NCBI GenBank assembly: GCA_963797335.1
Contig: CAWCOU010000001.1
Location: 10,963 to 74,962, forward strand
Length of the DNA stretch: 64,000 nt
Origin: an uncultured Gammaproteobacteria bacterium
GTDB lineage: Bacteria; Pseudomonadota; Gammaproteobacteria; JAURND01
Direction of reading: 5' to 3'
Shown: positions 43,143 to 52,609 of the stretch, piece after piece
How positions within the stretch are numbered: the first letter of the stretch is position 1
Layout of the letters: every line of letters starts with the position of its first letter
Notes under the pieces: model-generated
The model's input: the letters and a program-made list of their open reading frames with translations, nothing else
What the model was told of the DNA's origin: nothing
Databases searched by the model: none
Program-made: the position numbers and the translations under genes

Positions 43143-43745
43143 ATGTCGCGTTCTGATTTCAATACTCCTGAAAAATCGCCCCAAAAGAAAACGCAACGGT
43201 TGGCGCTTATCTTGTTGATCTGCGCCGTTGCCATGTTTGGTTTCGGTTACGCCCTGGTGCCTTTGTATGATGTGCTTTGTAAATCGTTGGGCTTTAATGG
43301 CAAGACCTCCGGACAGGTGAGCAGTGCCGTGAGCTCGGTCGATATGACCCGCCTGGTGACGGTGCAATTCCTCGCCACTAAAAATGCCAATTTACCGTGG
43401 AAATTTTATCCGTATCGTACGGTAGTGGAAGTTCACCCCGGGCAAAATACCCATGTCGCGTATTTTGCCAAAAATGACAGCGACCATACGATGACGGTGC
43501 AAGCCATTCCCAGCGTCGCGCCGGGACCCGCAGCGAAATACTTGAAAAAGACAGAATGTTTTTGCTTTGCTCAGCAAACCCTGGCCAGTCACGACACCAT
43601 GGACATGCCGCTGATATTTCACCTCGACCGGGATTTGCCAAAGGATATCCACACCGTGACTTTATCCTATACGTTGTTCGATGTGACCCATATGAAGAAA
43701 ACATCCACGCAACCACAAAATAAAAATAGCTTTCAACAATCGTAA
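43143..43745 (+). CDS. ctaG: Cytochrome c oxidase assembly protein CtaG/Cox11
   Basis: VPLYDVLC, KTECFCF, LSYTLF. Confidence 0.95.
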   Translation: MSRSDFNTPEKSPQKKTQRLALILLICAVAMFGFGYALVPLYDVLCKSLGFNGKTSGQVSSAVSSVDMTRLVTVQFLATKNANLPWKFYPYRTVVEVHPGQNTHVAYFAKNDSDHTMTVQAIPSVAPGPAAKYLKKTECFCFAQQTLASHDTMDMPLIFHLDRDLPKDIHTVTLSYTLFDVTHMKKTSTQPQNKNSFQQS

Positions 43746-43840
43746 ACTTTAAACCGTGAGCCTGGCCTTCAGTTGTTGCTAATGAGGAAAAATTAACAGA
43801 AAATAATTCATAGTTGAACCTGGTAGCGCGGTCTAAAATA

Positions 43841-43869
43841 TCTCCTTCTCCCCTTGTGGGAGAAGGAGA
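43841..43869. repeat. Family F hairpin within the cox operon
   Basis: TCTCCTTCTCCCCTTGTGGGAGAAGGAGA. Confidence 0.8.
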
Positions 43870-43915
43870 ATTAGCCCGCGCTCCCAGGTAAAACATACTT
43901 ATCAGGAATCATCCT

Positions 43916-44797
43916 ATGTCATCACATTCCAAAGGGAGTTACTACCTACCTGCGCCCAGTCATTGGCCCATCGTCGGTTCTATCGCCTTATTCTGCATCA
44001 TGTTTGGTGCAGCCAACTGGTTGCACCAAGTCTCCTACGGCCCGATATTTTTTGTCGTCGGAATTTCCCTGCTCATCTTCATGCTATTCGGCTGGTTTGC
44101 CACCGTGATTCGCGAAGGACAGCAAGGTTTATACGACAACAAACAATTAGACCGATCTTTCCGCTGGGGAATGTGTTGGTTTATTTTCTCAGAAGTCATG
44201 TTCTTCGGTGCCTTTTTCGGCACCTTATTCTATGTCCGCGAATTTTCCGTCCCCTGGCTTGCCGGAGAAGGCCATGGCGTCATGACCCATCTATTACTCT
44301 GGCCCAATTTCACAGGCGCATGGCCGGTACTACAAAACCCCAACCCAGCCGCATTCGTTGCCCCCAAAAGCGTCATGGAAACCTGGGGCCTGCCAGCATT
44401 AAACACCTTAATTTTGCTCACCAGCGGCGTGACCATCACCATCGCTCACTGGGGTATAGTCAAACACAATCGAATACAAGCATTAGTAGGCCAAGGACTA
44501 ACCGTACTACTAGGCCTATGCTTCCTGACGATGCAAGCCCACGAATACACCATTGCCTACCTAGAAAAAGGATTAACCCTAGGCTCCGGTATCTTCGGCA
44601 CCACCTTCTTCATGCTCACCGGCTTTCACGCCCTACACGTCACCATCGGCACCATCATGCTGATCACCATCTTCTTCCGCATCTATCGTCACCACTTCGA
44701 TAAACACAGCCACTTCGCCTTCGAAGCCGTCTCTTGGTATTGGCACTTCGTCGACGTCGTCTGGTTAATGCTATTTGTATTCGTATATTGGATGTAG
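43916..44797 (+). CDS. coxC: Cytochrome c oxidase subunit III
   Basis: FIFSEVMFF, TGFHALHV, WYWHFVDVVW. Confidence 0.97.
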   Translation: MSSHSKGSYYLPAPSHWPIVGSIALFCIMFGAANWLHQVSYGPIFFVVGISLLIFMLFGWFATVIREGQQGLYDNKQLDRSFRWGMCWFIFSEVMFFGAFFGTLFYVREFSVPWLAGEGHGVMTHLLLWPNFTGAWPVLQNPNPAAFVAPKSVMETWGLPALNTLILLTSGVTITIAHWGIVKHNRIQALVGQGLTVLLGLCFLTMQAHEYTIAYLEKGLTLGSGIFGTTFFMLTGFHALHVTIGTIMLITIFFRIYRHHFDKHSHFAFEAVSWYWHFVDVVWLMLFVFVYWM

Positions 44798-44817
44798 TAT
44801 GAGACCTGCCACCTTGA

Positions 44818-45112
44818 GAGCTTGTCACTAACAGAAGGGGTGGCGCGGAGGGGAGCCTTATTTTTTGCGCAGCAAAAAATGAGTACCGCAGCGACAGGAC
44901 CCCGGATGCACCTAAGCAATTAAAGGGGTCTTAAGGGGGTCAAGTCTGTTAAGGGGGTCAAGTCTGGATTTAAGCCGTATTAAAGGCAGAAATCCAGACT
45001 TGACCCTTTTTCGGGAGCTTGTCACTAACAGAAGGGGTGGCGCGGAGGGGAGCCTTATTTTTTGCGCAGCAAAAAATGAGTACCGCAGCGACAGGACCCC
45101 GGATGCACCTAA
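44818..45112. repeat. Composite: two identical 98-bp direct repeats (family D) flanking a family C hairpin with stuttered left arm
   Basis: 44818-44915 = 45015-45112; the 18-mer TTAAGGGGGTCAAGTCTG occurs twice (44931-44966); right arm 44990-45006. Confidence 0.93.
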
Positions 45113-45124
45113 CAAGAACCGCTC

Positions 45125-46012
45125 TCAAACACTTTTTTCCAAAGAAGGAACTACCACATTAGCATGAGTCAAAGGCTGATGCTTTCGCACTTTCAAATCA
45201 TGAAACTGAACCAGAAACACAGCAGCTATCCAAGGATAAATAATCGTATCCGCCAGAATATTCACCAGCACATTCGCGATAGGAAACGGTGGCGATATAA
45301 CCAAGCCTAAAACCAAATTCACCAGCTGATTAATCACAAAACCAAAAGCCAAAGGAATCAACAACACCACAAAAGTAGCCCACCAACGCCCCTTCACCAA
45401 ATAAAAACTCTGCTTCAACGACTTCACAACCGGCCAATTATCAAGAAGAATCAGCACATTGACCAAACACAAATACGTCCCCACGACAATCCACACCAAG
45501 GCCAGTACACCAATAGCACTAATCGACAGCGCTGAAGGAGAGAAAGTAGCCGTTTTAGCCACCAATGAAACCAGCAATAAAATAACGCCTATCACCAACA
45601 TAAGTATCAATAAACAAGCCAAAATCACCAAATTATTGAGAATAAAACCGCCAATCACCGGAAAGAATTTCTTCCCAGCCATTTTTAACGAGGTAATCGG
45701 AGTGGGAGCCGCAGCTGGATCAACAGCGGCCAGCGTTTGCATGCGGTGCAATATAAACGTTTCCCCGTAAATTAAAATCAGCGTACCGATGATGCTTAAA
45801 ATAAAATCAGTCGTGCTAAAAGCGTTTAATCCTTGCGCTTGAGTTGCCAATAAAGAAAAATTGCCTGCCAATTGCGGAGAAGTCAGTAACAGCAACGGCA
45901 GTAGCCAGAGTAGCTGCCAACGCCAGATACGGCTAAATGTATACTTGTACAGGCTAAAACTGTCCAATAACACGCCAGCAGGTGTTTGTGGTTCCTTCGA
46001 AAAATTAAACAT
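45125..46012 (-). CDS. Multi-pass membrane protein (YciC-like), paralog of 22916..23704
   Basis: Six or more TM segments; SLKQSFYLVKGRWWATF, FHDLKVR. Confidence 0.75.
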   Translation of the reverse strand: MFNFSKEPQTPAGVLLDSFSLYKYTFSRIWRWQLLWLLPLLLLTSPQLAGNFSLLATQAQGLNAFSTTDFILSIIGTLILIYGETFILHRMQTLAAVDPAAAPTPITSLKMAGKKFFPVIGGFILNNLVILACLLILMLVIGVILLLVSLVAKTATFSPSALSISAIGVLALVWIVVGTYLCLVNVLILLDNWPVVKSLKQSFYLVKGRWWATFVVLLIPLAFGFVINQLVNLVLGLVISPPFPIANVLVNILADTIIYPWIAAVFLVQFHDLKVRKHQPLTHANVVVPSLEKSV

Positions 46013-46041
46013 ATCTCTTCCTCTTCAATTGTCAACAGACC

Positions 46042-47343
46042 CTAGTCTGCTTTAGGGCCTTTTTTAGGGTAGATTTTCACCAACAAAATTCGTGGCCCCT
46101 TCAATTTAAGAACAACCACGTCAAATTCCTTAAAACTAACCCGTTCATCGGCATTTGGCAAGCGTTCTAGCTTCAGTAATAATAATCCAGCGATAGTGTG
46201 GGCGGAAGACTCGGGTAGCACGATATCCAAGGCTTTTTCTAATAAATAAAGCGGAGTTGTACCTTTCATCAACAGCGCACCGTCCTTGGTCAGAGACCAG
46301 TCAGGGCTGGGTTTGTGGAACTCATCTTGAATTTGGCCAAGCAGAGCTTGGAGAATATTCTCCAGTGTCACAAAGCCTATGGGTTGGCCGGTTTTTTGTT
46401 TAACGATAGCCAATTGCGTGGCGCCGCGTCGGAACCGACGGAACAACGCCAGCGCCGGCAATTCAGGATCAATACTCAACACCGGCCGAATCAATGGTCG
46501 CAATGATTGCTGATCTTGGCTGGCAAAGAAAATATCTTTGACATGAAGAATGCCGATGATTTGGCTTGGATCTGTTTCATACACGGGGTAACGGCTAAAG
46601 CGATATTCCTTCATTCGTTGCAACAGGGTTTCCGTTGGCTCGTTTAACGACAACATCACTAACTCTTCAGCGGGACGCATCAGATCAGCGATTTGTAAAT
46701 CGGCAAAATCCAAGACATTATCTAATATCTCCGCTTCTTCTTTTGCCAGCTCACCGTGTAAATGGCTGACATTGAGGATGAGCTTCAATTCTTCCGAAGA
46801 ATAAAAGCTGCTTTCATTTTCGAGTCGGTGACTGCCCAGGGATCTTAATAACAAATTGGAACTGGCGCTTAATAACCAAATGAAGGGATACATCAACCAG
46901 TAAAAATAAAAAAGAGGTAGGGCTGTCCATAGCGACATGCGTTGTGGATTGGTGATGGCCAGCGATTTAGGGGCCAATTCGCCGACGACGATGTGGACGA
47001 AGGTGATAATAAAAAAGGCAAGAAAAAAACTAACGACGGTGATGGTATTCGGAGAGGTTAAGCCTATCGAATGAAAAAAAGGTTCTAATATCTTAGCGAG
47101 GGCGGGTTCACCAATCCAACCTAAACCGAGAGAGGCTAGGGTAATGCCTAATTGGCAGGCTGAGAGTGAAGCATCCAGCTGAGAATGCACTTTCGCTAAA
47201 ATAATACCGCGAAAACCATATACGGATTTAATGGCTTCCAAACGGGTGTGCCGTAATTTGACTAGCGCAAATTCGGCAGCGACAAAAAAGCCGTTCAGTG
47301 CAATGAGCAACAATGATACAACGATCAAGACCAGATTGGTCAC
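46042..47343 (-). CDS. CNNM/HlyC-CorC family protein (DUF21 + CBS + CorC)
   Basis: LNGFFVAAEFALVK, QLGITLASLGLGWIGEP, VGELAPKS, FSRYPV. Confidence 0.93.
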   Translation of the reverse strand: MTNLVLIVVSLLLIALNGFFVAAEFALVKLRHTRLEAIKSVYGFRGIILAKVHSQLDASLSACQLGITLASLGLGWIGEPALAKILEPFFHSIGLTSPNTITVVSFFLAFFIITFVHIVVGELAPKSLAITNPQRMSLWTALPLFYFYWLMYPFIWLLSASSNLLLRSLGSHRLENESSFYSSEELKLILNVSHLHGELAKEEAEILDNVLDFADLQIADLMRPAEELVMLSLNEPTETLLQRMKEYRFSRYPVYETDPSQIIGILHVKDIFFASQDQQSLRPLIRPVLSIDPELPALALFRRFRRGATQLAIVKQKTGQPIGFVTLENILQALLGQIQDEFHKPSPDWSLTKDGALLMKGTTPLYLLEKALDIVLPESSAHTIAGLLLLKLERLPNADERVSFKEFDVVVLKLKGPRILLVKIYPKKGPKAD

Positions 47344-47373
47344 TACACGCGTCCTCGTTGCTAGGTTAACTCA

Positions 47374-47661
47374 TTAACGGCGCATACCGCGGTATGCAAC
47401 GTCTTCTTCATCGGGCACAAAAGAAGTGATGGTGGTCGCGGAATTGAAGGCTTCTTTCGTAATTAACCCAGGGTATCGCTGAGTGATTTGGCGTAATAAA
47501 TAACCACCTTCTTCTTGTAAATTTTCCTGGATACGTTTGATGGAGGGTTGGATATCGTTTAGCACATCCAAAAAGACTTTTATTTCTTCGTTGATTTTAG
47601 CCGCCAATGCTTGCCCGGCATGTTGTGGGTTTTCCGTTTTAGTTGCAAATGGATTAAACAT
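47374..47661 (-). CDS. Hypothetical protein
   Basis: 95-aa ORF co-oriented in an operon-like run; no family recognised. Confidence 0.6.
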   Translation of the reverse strand: MFNPFATKTENPQHAGQALAAKINEEIKVFLDVLNDIQPSIKRIQENLQEEGGYLLRQITQRYPGLITKEAFNSATTITSFVPDEEDVAYRGMRR

Positions 47662-47673
47662 AGCGTGACTCGA

Positions 47674-48495
47674 TTAAAGTAGTTTTTTAACAAAACGCAC
47701 TATCTCTTCCTGCTTATACGGCTCTTGTCGCCGAGTGTAATTGGAATAAATAGCTAAGTAGGTTTTTAGGCGAAAATAAGTGGTGTAATCGGGAGCCTCC
47801 ACTGAAAAAGCAGTGGGTATCTCCAATTCGAGTTCTTGATAACGCATGAGAATTTCCGACCAGGTTTCTTGATGTAGTAAGGCGGCGGTTTCTTCTTCGT
47901 TTAAAGAGATATCTATTTTCGTCAATTCATGGGGGATTTTTTCTAAATAGTGATGACGGTAGGTATCCCATTGTTGATCAAATGAGGGAATCAGTTGTTC
48001 AATTTGTTGAATTTTTTGTAATAATTCTTCTTGGTATTGTTGTAGATTTTTTTGCAGTTCCACGGTTTTTTTGCTGGCTGCTTCTAGTGCGGCGATGGAT
48101 TCTAGTAGTTCTTTTTCTTGAGCGGCATTGGAGTCAGCTAGTTTCTGGCGTAATGAAGCTAGGGTATCTTTCATTAGGCGGCGTTGGTTGTCGGCGAGTT
48201 CGATGCTGGATAGTACTTCTCTATGCACTTTGAAGGCTGAGATGTAGGCGTGCATGCTGGGTCTGATGGCTGTTTGGGGGTTTATGAGTGCTTCGTTGAT
48301 TTGGGAGTTGCTCAGCAGGTTGAACATGCTGGTGTCTAGTTGCGGTATGGTTCCTTCGGTGGGAACAGGTTTCGGGCGGGAGTACTTCCGAATAAGCGTG
48401 GAGAGGCTTTTGATCTCGCTTAAGAGGGTCCTAGCATAACTGGAGTATCCAGTGGTGGCAGGGCTTTTTTTCATAAGTAGGTATCTGACTTGCAT
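47674..48495 (-). CDS. Hypothetical coiled-coil protein
   Basis: Central heptad-rich L/E/K/Q segment. Confidence 0.7.
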   Translation of the reverse strand: MQVRYLLMKKSPATTGYSSYARTLLSEIKSLSTLIRKYSRPKPVPTEGTIPQLDTSMFNLLSNSQINEALINPQTAIRPSMHAYISAFKVHREVLSSIELADNQRRLMKDTLASLRQKLADSNAAQEKELLESIAALEAASKKTVELQKNLQQYQEELLQKIQQIEQLIPSFDQQWDTYRHHYLEKIPHELTKIDISLNEEETAALLHQETWSEILMRYQELELEIPTAFSVEAPDYTTYFRLKTYLAIYSNYTRRQEPYKQEEIVRFVKKLL

Positions 48496-48711
48496 TTAAC
48501 GTGGTTTATTTTAACATTTTTTTCGGTAATGGCGATAATTATTTAAAGAGGGGGCGGAGCCACCCTACGCATGCTATATAATGATTAACCTTTCTTAATG
48601 GAGAAGCTCAGGGGCTTGCAAGCAGCTACGCATTGGCTTAGGATACGGTATGACTGCCTTGTATAATCAATAAGTTGCCCTCTCTCATTTCGCGTCGATT
48701 AGGAACGTATT

Positions 48712-50094
48712 ATGCTAAATTGTTTTGCACATGCATCTGGCCAAGCTGGTATCCCCATTATTCCGCTTAAAGAAAAGCAGTTATCGGTTTGGGCGGAGCG
48801 GCAAACGCAGTATGTGAAGAATTGGTTGAAATCAACCGGGTATCGAGCCAAGGCTGGGGCGATTGGGCTGATATGTAATTCAGAGGGGTTGTTGGAAACG
48901 GTGTTGGTTGGCTTAAATCATGCCGAGGACTGGAATGTTTTTGGGCAATTGGCGACTCAATTGCCGGAAGGGGTTTATTTTATTGCCGAATCTTTGCCGC
49001 CACGGGCGCTTTATTTGGCTTATCTTGCGTTTGGCGCAGGTAGTTATCAATTTACTCCTTACAAAAAGGCTACTCCTTCAGGAGCGAAGCTGTTATTGCC
49101 TAAACAAGATTTGAATATTGCTTGGTTGGAAGCGGTGTTGCGGGCTACTTACTTGGTTCGAGATTTGATTAATACACCGGCTGAGGATATGACGCCTTTG
49201 GATTTGGCGGCGGTGGCGGTTGGTCTGGCTAATGAGTTCGGTGGGGTTGCTAGGGTTATTGAGGGGGATGAATTACTGACCCATAATTTTCCTGCCATCC
49301 ATGCGGTGGGTCGTGCCAGTCGTCATGTACCTTGTCTGATTGATTTTACCTGGGGCAATGTCAAGCATCCTAAAGTCACATTGGTAGGGAAGGGTATTTC
49401 CTTTGATACGGGTGGTCTCAACCTGAAGAATGCTGCCGGTATGGCATTGATGAAGAAAGACATGGGGGGGGCGGCTCATGTGCTAGGGTTGGCAGTGATT
49501 ATTATGACGCTTGGCCTGCCGGTGCGATTGCGGGTATTAATTCCTGCGGCGGAAAATGCGGTTTCTGGTGCGGCTTACCACCCGGGTGATGTGTTGATGA
49601 CTCGCAAGGGTATTACCGTGGAGGTTACTAATACCGATGCGGAGGGACGTCTCGTGCTCAGCGATGCTTTACAGGCCGCTGTTGAGGAGACTCCGGAGTT
49701 ATTAATGGATTTTGCGACGTTGACGGGGGCTTCTAAAGTGGCCTTAGGGACAGACATTGCTGGTTTATATTGCAATGATGATTTGCTGGCCCAGGAAATT
49801 GTCGGTTGTGGTGATGCAGAAAATGACCCAGTGTGGCGCATGCCACTTTACGCGCCGTATCGTAAAATGTTGGATAGTAAAATAGCGGATATCATCAATG
49901 CCCCGTCTTCCGGTTACGCTGGCGCTATTACCGCCGCGCTGTTTCTGAAAGAGTTTGTTCCAGATAGCATCCCCTGGGGTCATTTCGATATCATGGCTTG
50001 GAATGTCAGCAGTAAACCAGCAGCTCCGGAGGGTGGCGAAACGTCAGCGCTACGAGCCGTCGCTCAGTATCTATATCAACGTTACAAATCTTAG
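48712..50094 (+). CDS. M17 leucyl aminopeptidase family protein
   Basis: VGKGISFDTGG, MKKDMGGAA, NTDAEGRL, ATLTGA, HFDI. Confidence 0.95.
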   Translation: MLNCFAHASGQAGIPIIPLKEKQLSVWAERQTQYVKNWLKSTGYRAKAGAIGLICNSEGLLETVLVGLNHAEDWNVFGQLATQLPEGVYFIAESLPPRALYLAYLAFGAGSYQFTPYKKATPSGAKLLLPKQDLNIAWLEAVLRATYLVRDLINTPAEDMTPLDLAAVAVGLANEFGGVARVIEGDELLTHNFPAIHAVGRASRHVPCLIDFTWGNVKHPKVTLVGKGISFDTGGLNLKNAAGMALMKKDMGGAAHVLGLAVIIMTLGLPVRLRVLIPAAENAVSGAAYHPGDVLMTRKGITVEVTNTDAEGRLVLSDALQAAVEETPELLMDFATLTGASKVALGTDIAGLYCNDDLLAQEIVGCGDAENDPVWRMPLYAPYRKMLDSKIADIINAPSSGYAGAITAALFLKEFVPDSIPWGHFDIMAWNVSSKPAAPEGGETSALRAVAQYLYQRYKS

Positions 50095-50101
50095 TTTTGA
50101 T

Positions 50102-50136
50102 CTTATCTCCTATGCCCACAAGGGGAGAAGGATAAG
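50102..50136. repeat. Degenerate family F hairpin
   Basis: CCCACAAGGGGAGAAGG, the reverse complement of the family F core. Confidence 0.6.
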
Positions 50137-50164
50137 GATATAAAGGCTTTTATAGAGAAATCAC

Positions 50165-52609
50165 ATGACTTGGATAGATGGCCTGGCATTTATTATTCTC
50201 ATCTGGGCGCTTATTTTTCATCGCATGCCAACCAAAATTTGGCTACCCACCGTAACTGTGGCCTTATTAGCAGTGACGTTCCTCGGTCATTTGCCATTGC
50301 CGCTTCTGATAGTGAGTTGGTTAGTATTCCTTCTGATCGTCGCTGCCACACAGATCACCATGGTTCGTCAAGCCTGGCTAATCCGGCCGATGTTGCGCCG
50401 ACTGCAGAAAATCCTCCCCCCTATTAGTGCAGCGGAACGCGAAGTTGTCGAAGCCGGGGATGTCTGGTGGGAAAAAGAATTATTCTGCGGCCGCCCCGAT
50501 TGGCGCAAGCTCGCCGCCATTCCCTGTCCGACGATGACAGGAGAAGAACAGTTATTCCTAGATCAGCAAGTAGAAACACTGTGCACGCTAATAGATGATT
50601 GGCAATGCCTGAACGGCCAAACCAACGATCTGCCACCCCAGGTGTGGGATTATTTAAAAAAAGAAGGATTCTTTGGCATTAGTATCGACAAAGCTTACGG
50701 CGGTAAAGGTTTTTCTTCATTGGCGCAATCGAATATCGTCACCAAAATTGCCACTCGCAGCGTCAGCGCTGCCATTACGGTCATGGTACCCAATGCCTTA
50801 GGCCCCGCAGAATTCCTGCAGCACCACGGCACGCAAGCTCAAAAAGAGTATTACTTACCACGCCTGGCTACGGGTGTGGAGATTCCCGCCTTCGCCTTAA
50901 CGGCGCCAGAAGCAGGTAGTGATGCCAGCAATATCTCCGACAGTGGCGTTATTTGCTTACAAGAATACGAGGGCAAATCAGTGCTCGGTATTCGACTGAA
51001 TTGGTCTAAACGCTACATCACGCTCGCACCGGTGGCAACCCTACTGGGTTTGGTCGTGAAGCTTTACGATCCGGAACGTTTATTAGGAGAGCAGGTGAAG
51101 CTAGGTATTACTTTATGCTTAGTGCCCACCGCATTACCTGGGGTGGACACAGGGCAACGGCATAACTCCGCGGGATTGGCTTTTTTAAACGGACCTACCC
51201 GCGGTCAGCAGGTGTTCGTTCCTCTCGATCACATCATTGGCGGTCCGGCCATGGCTGGCAAAGGCTGGCGCATGATGATGGAAGGGTTGGCTGGTGGCCG
51301 GGGTATTTCCTTACCCGCATTGAGTTCCGCTATTGCCAAACTCTGTTATCGGATGACGGGCGCTTATGCCGTGCTGCGCCATCAGTTTTCGCAATCGATA
51401 GGGGAATTTGAAGGCGTGGCTGAACGATTGGCGCGCATCGGTGGCTTGACGTATGTCTGCGAAGCAGGGCGTTTATTCACCCTCAGTGGCATTAACCATG
51501 GCGTGAAACCGGCGTTAGCAGCAGCTATCAGTAAATACCACCTCACCGAAATGGCCAGAGTGATTATTAATGACGCTTTAGATATCCATGCCGGCCGGGG
51601 GGTGCAACTCGGGCCTAGTAATTACCTATGGCCTTTATATCAAGCTATTCCCCTCTGCATCACCGTAGAAGGAGCGAATATTTTAACGCGTAATTTAATT
51701 CTGTTTGGTCAAGGGGCGATGCGCTGTCACCCCTATATTCATGCCGAGATGTTGGCGTTGGCAGATCCTAACCCACAACAAAGTTTGCAGCAGTTTGATG
51801 GTTTGTTACAAAAGCACATCGGTTTTGCGTTGAGTAACGCGGCACGGGTTTTATTCCATGGGCTGACGGGTGGACTATTGGTTCGCAACACGATTGTGCC
51901 GCGAAAATCCCCTCACCATTATTATTTTCGACAATTGACCCGCATGAGCGCGGCCTTAGCGTTGACGGCGGATATGGTCATGATGCTATTGGGTGGGCAG
52001 TTGAAACGTAGCGAAAACATCTCAGCTCGCTTAGGTGATGTATTAAGTCAGCTCTACTTGGCTTCCGCCATTCTCAAATACGATCAGGATTATCACCACC
52101 CAGCAACGGATTTACCCTTTTTGCATTGGGGCCTGCAACAATCGTTACATGCCGTAGAACAGGCGTTTTTAACCTTGTTTGCCAATTTAAAGCCGAATTG
52201 GTTAGCGCGATTACTACGCACAATGATCTTCCCCTGGGGGCAAGCCTATAGCCGACCCCGTGATGAATTAAGTCAAGCCGTAGCCACGACGATGATGCAA
52301 CCCGACAGCGAGCGCGATCGTTTCACTGCTCATTGCTTTATAAAGCAGAGCGAAGAAGACCTCTGCGGACGAATGGAGCTGGCATTTAAGGCCTGGCGAG
52401 AAACAGCGCTGCAGCTAAAAAAACTATCGAACGCCATTAGCCGCGGTGACATTCAGGCAGATTTGTCTTTGTCCCAACAATTAGCACAGGCGGAACAAAT
52501 AGGCATCCTGACCTCGGATGAGCTACACTATTTACAACGTAGTTTTACCCTGCGCTGGAATGCGCTACAGGTCGACGAATTTGAGGAACACCGACATGAT
52601 GAACGATAA
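50165..52609 (+). CDS. fadE: Long-form acyl-CoA dehydrogenase
   Basis: ISAAEREVVEAGDVWWE, FALTAPEAGSDA, GRGISLP, ITVEGANILTR. Confidence 0.93.
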   Translation: MTWIDGLAFIILIWALIFHRMPTKIWLPTVTVALLAVTFLGHLPLPLLIVSWLVFLLIVAATQITMVRQAWLIRPMLRRLQKILPPISAAEREVVEAGDVWWEKELFCGRPDWRKLAAIPCPTMTGEEQLFLDQQVETLCTLIDDWQCLNGQTNDLPPQVWDYLKKEGFFGISIDKAYGGKGFSSLAQSNIVTKIATRSVSAAITVMVPNALGPAEFLQHHGTQAQKEYYLPRLATGVEIPAFALTAPEAGSDASNISDSGVICLQEYEGKSVLGIRLNWSKRYITLAPVATLLGLVVKLYDPERLLGEQVKLGITLCLVPTALPGVDTGQRHNSAGLAFLNGPTRGQQVFVPLDHIIGGPAMAGKGWRMMMEGLAGGRGISLPALSSAIAKLCYRMTGAYAVLRHQFSQSIGEFEGVAERLARIGGLTYVCEAGRLFTLSGINHGVKPALAAAISKYHLTEMARVIINDALDIHAGRGVQLGPSNYLWPLYQAIPLCITVEGANILTRNLILFGQGAMRCHPYIHAEMLALADPNPQQSLQQFDGLLQKHIGFALSNAARVLFHGLTGGLLVRNTIVPRKSPHHYYFRQLTRMSAALALTADMVMMLLGGQLKRSENISARLGDVLSQLYLASAILKYDQDYHHPATDLPFLHWGLQQSLHAVEQAFLTLFANLKPNWLARLLRTMIFPWGQAYSRPRDELSQAVATTMMQPDSERDRFTAHCFIKQSEEDLCGRMELAFKAWRETALQLKKLSNAISRGDIQADLSLSQQLAQAEQIGILTSDELHYLQRSFTLRWNALQVDEFEEHRHDER

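Noticed and set aside
43963-44703. Long alternative-frame or antisense ORFs (43963..44703, 47982..48439, 59802..60302)
   Set aside because: By-products of the local A/C or G/T third-position skew, which depletes stop codons in other frames
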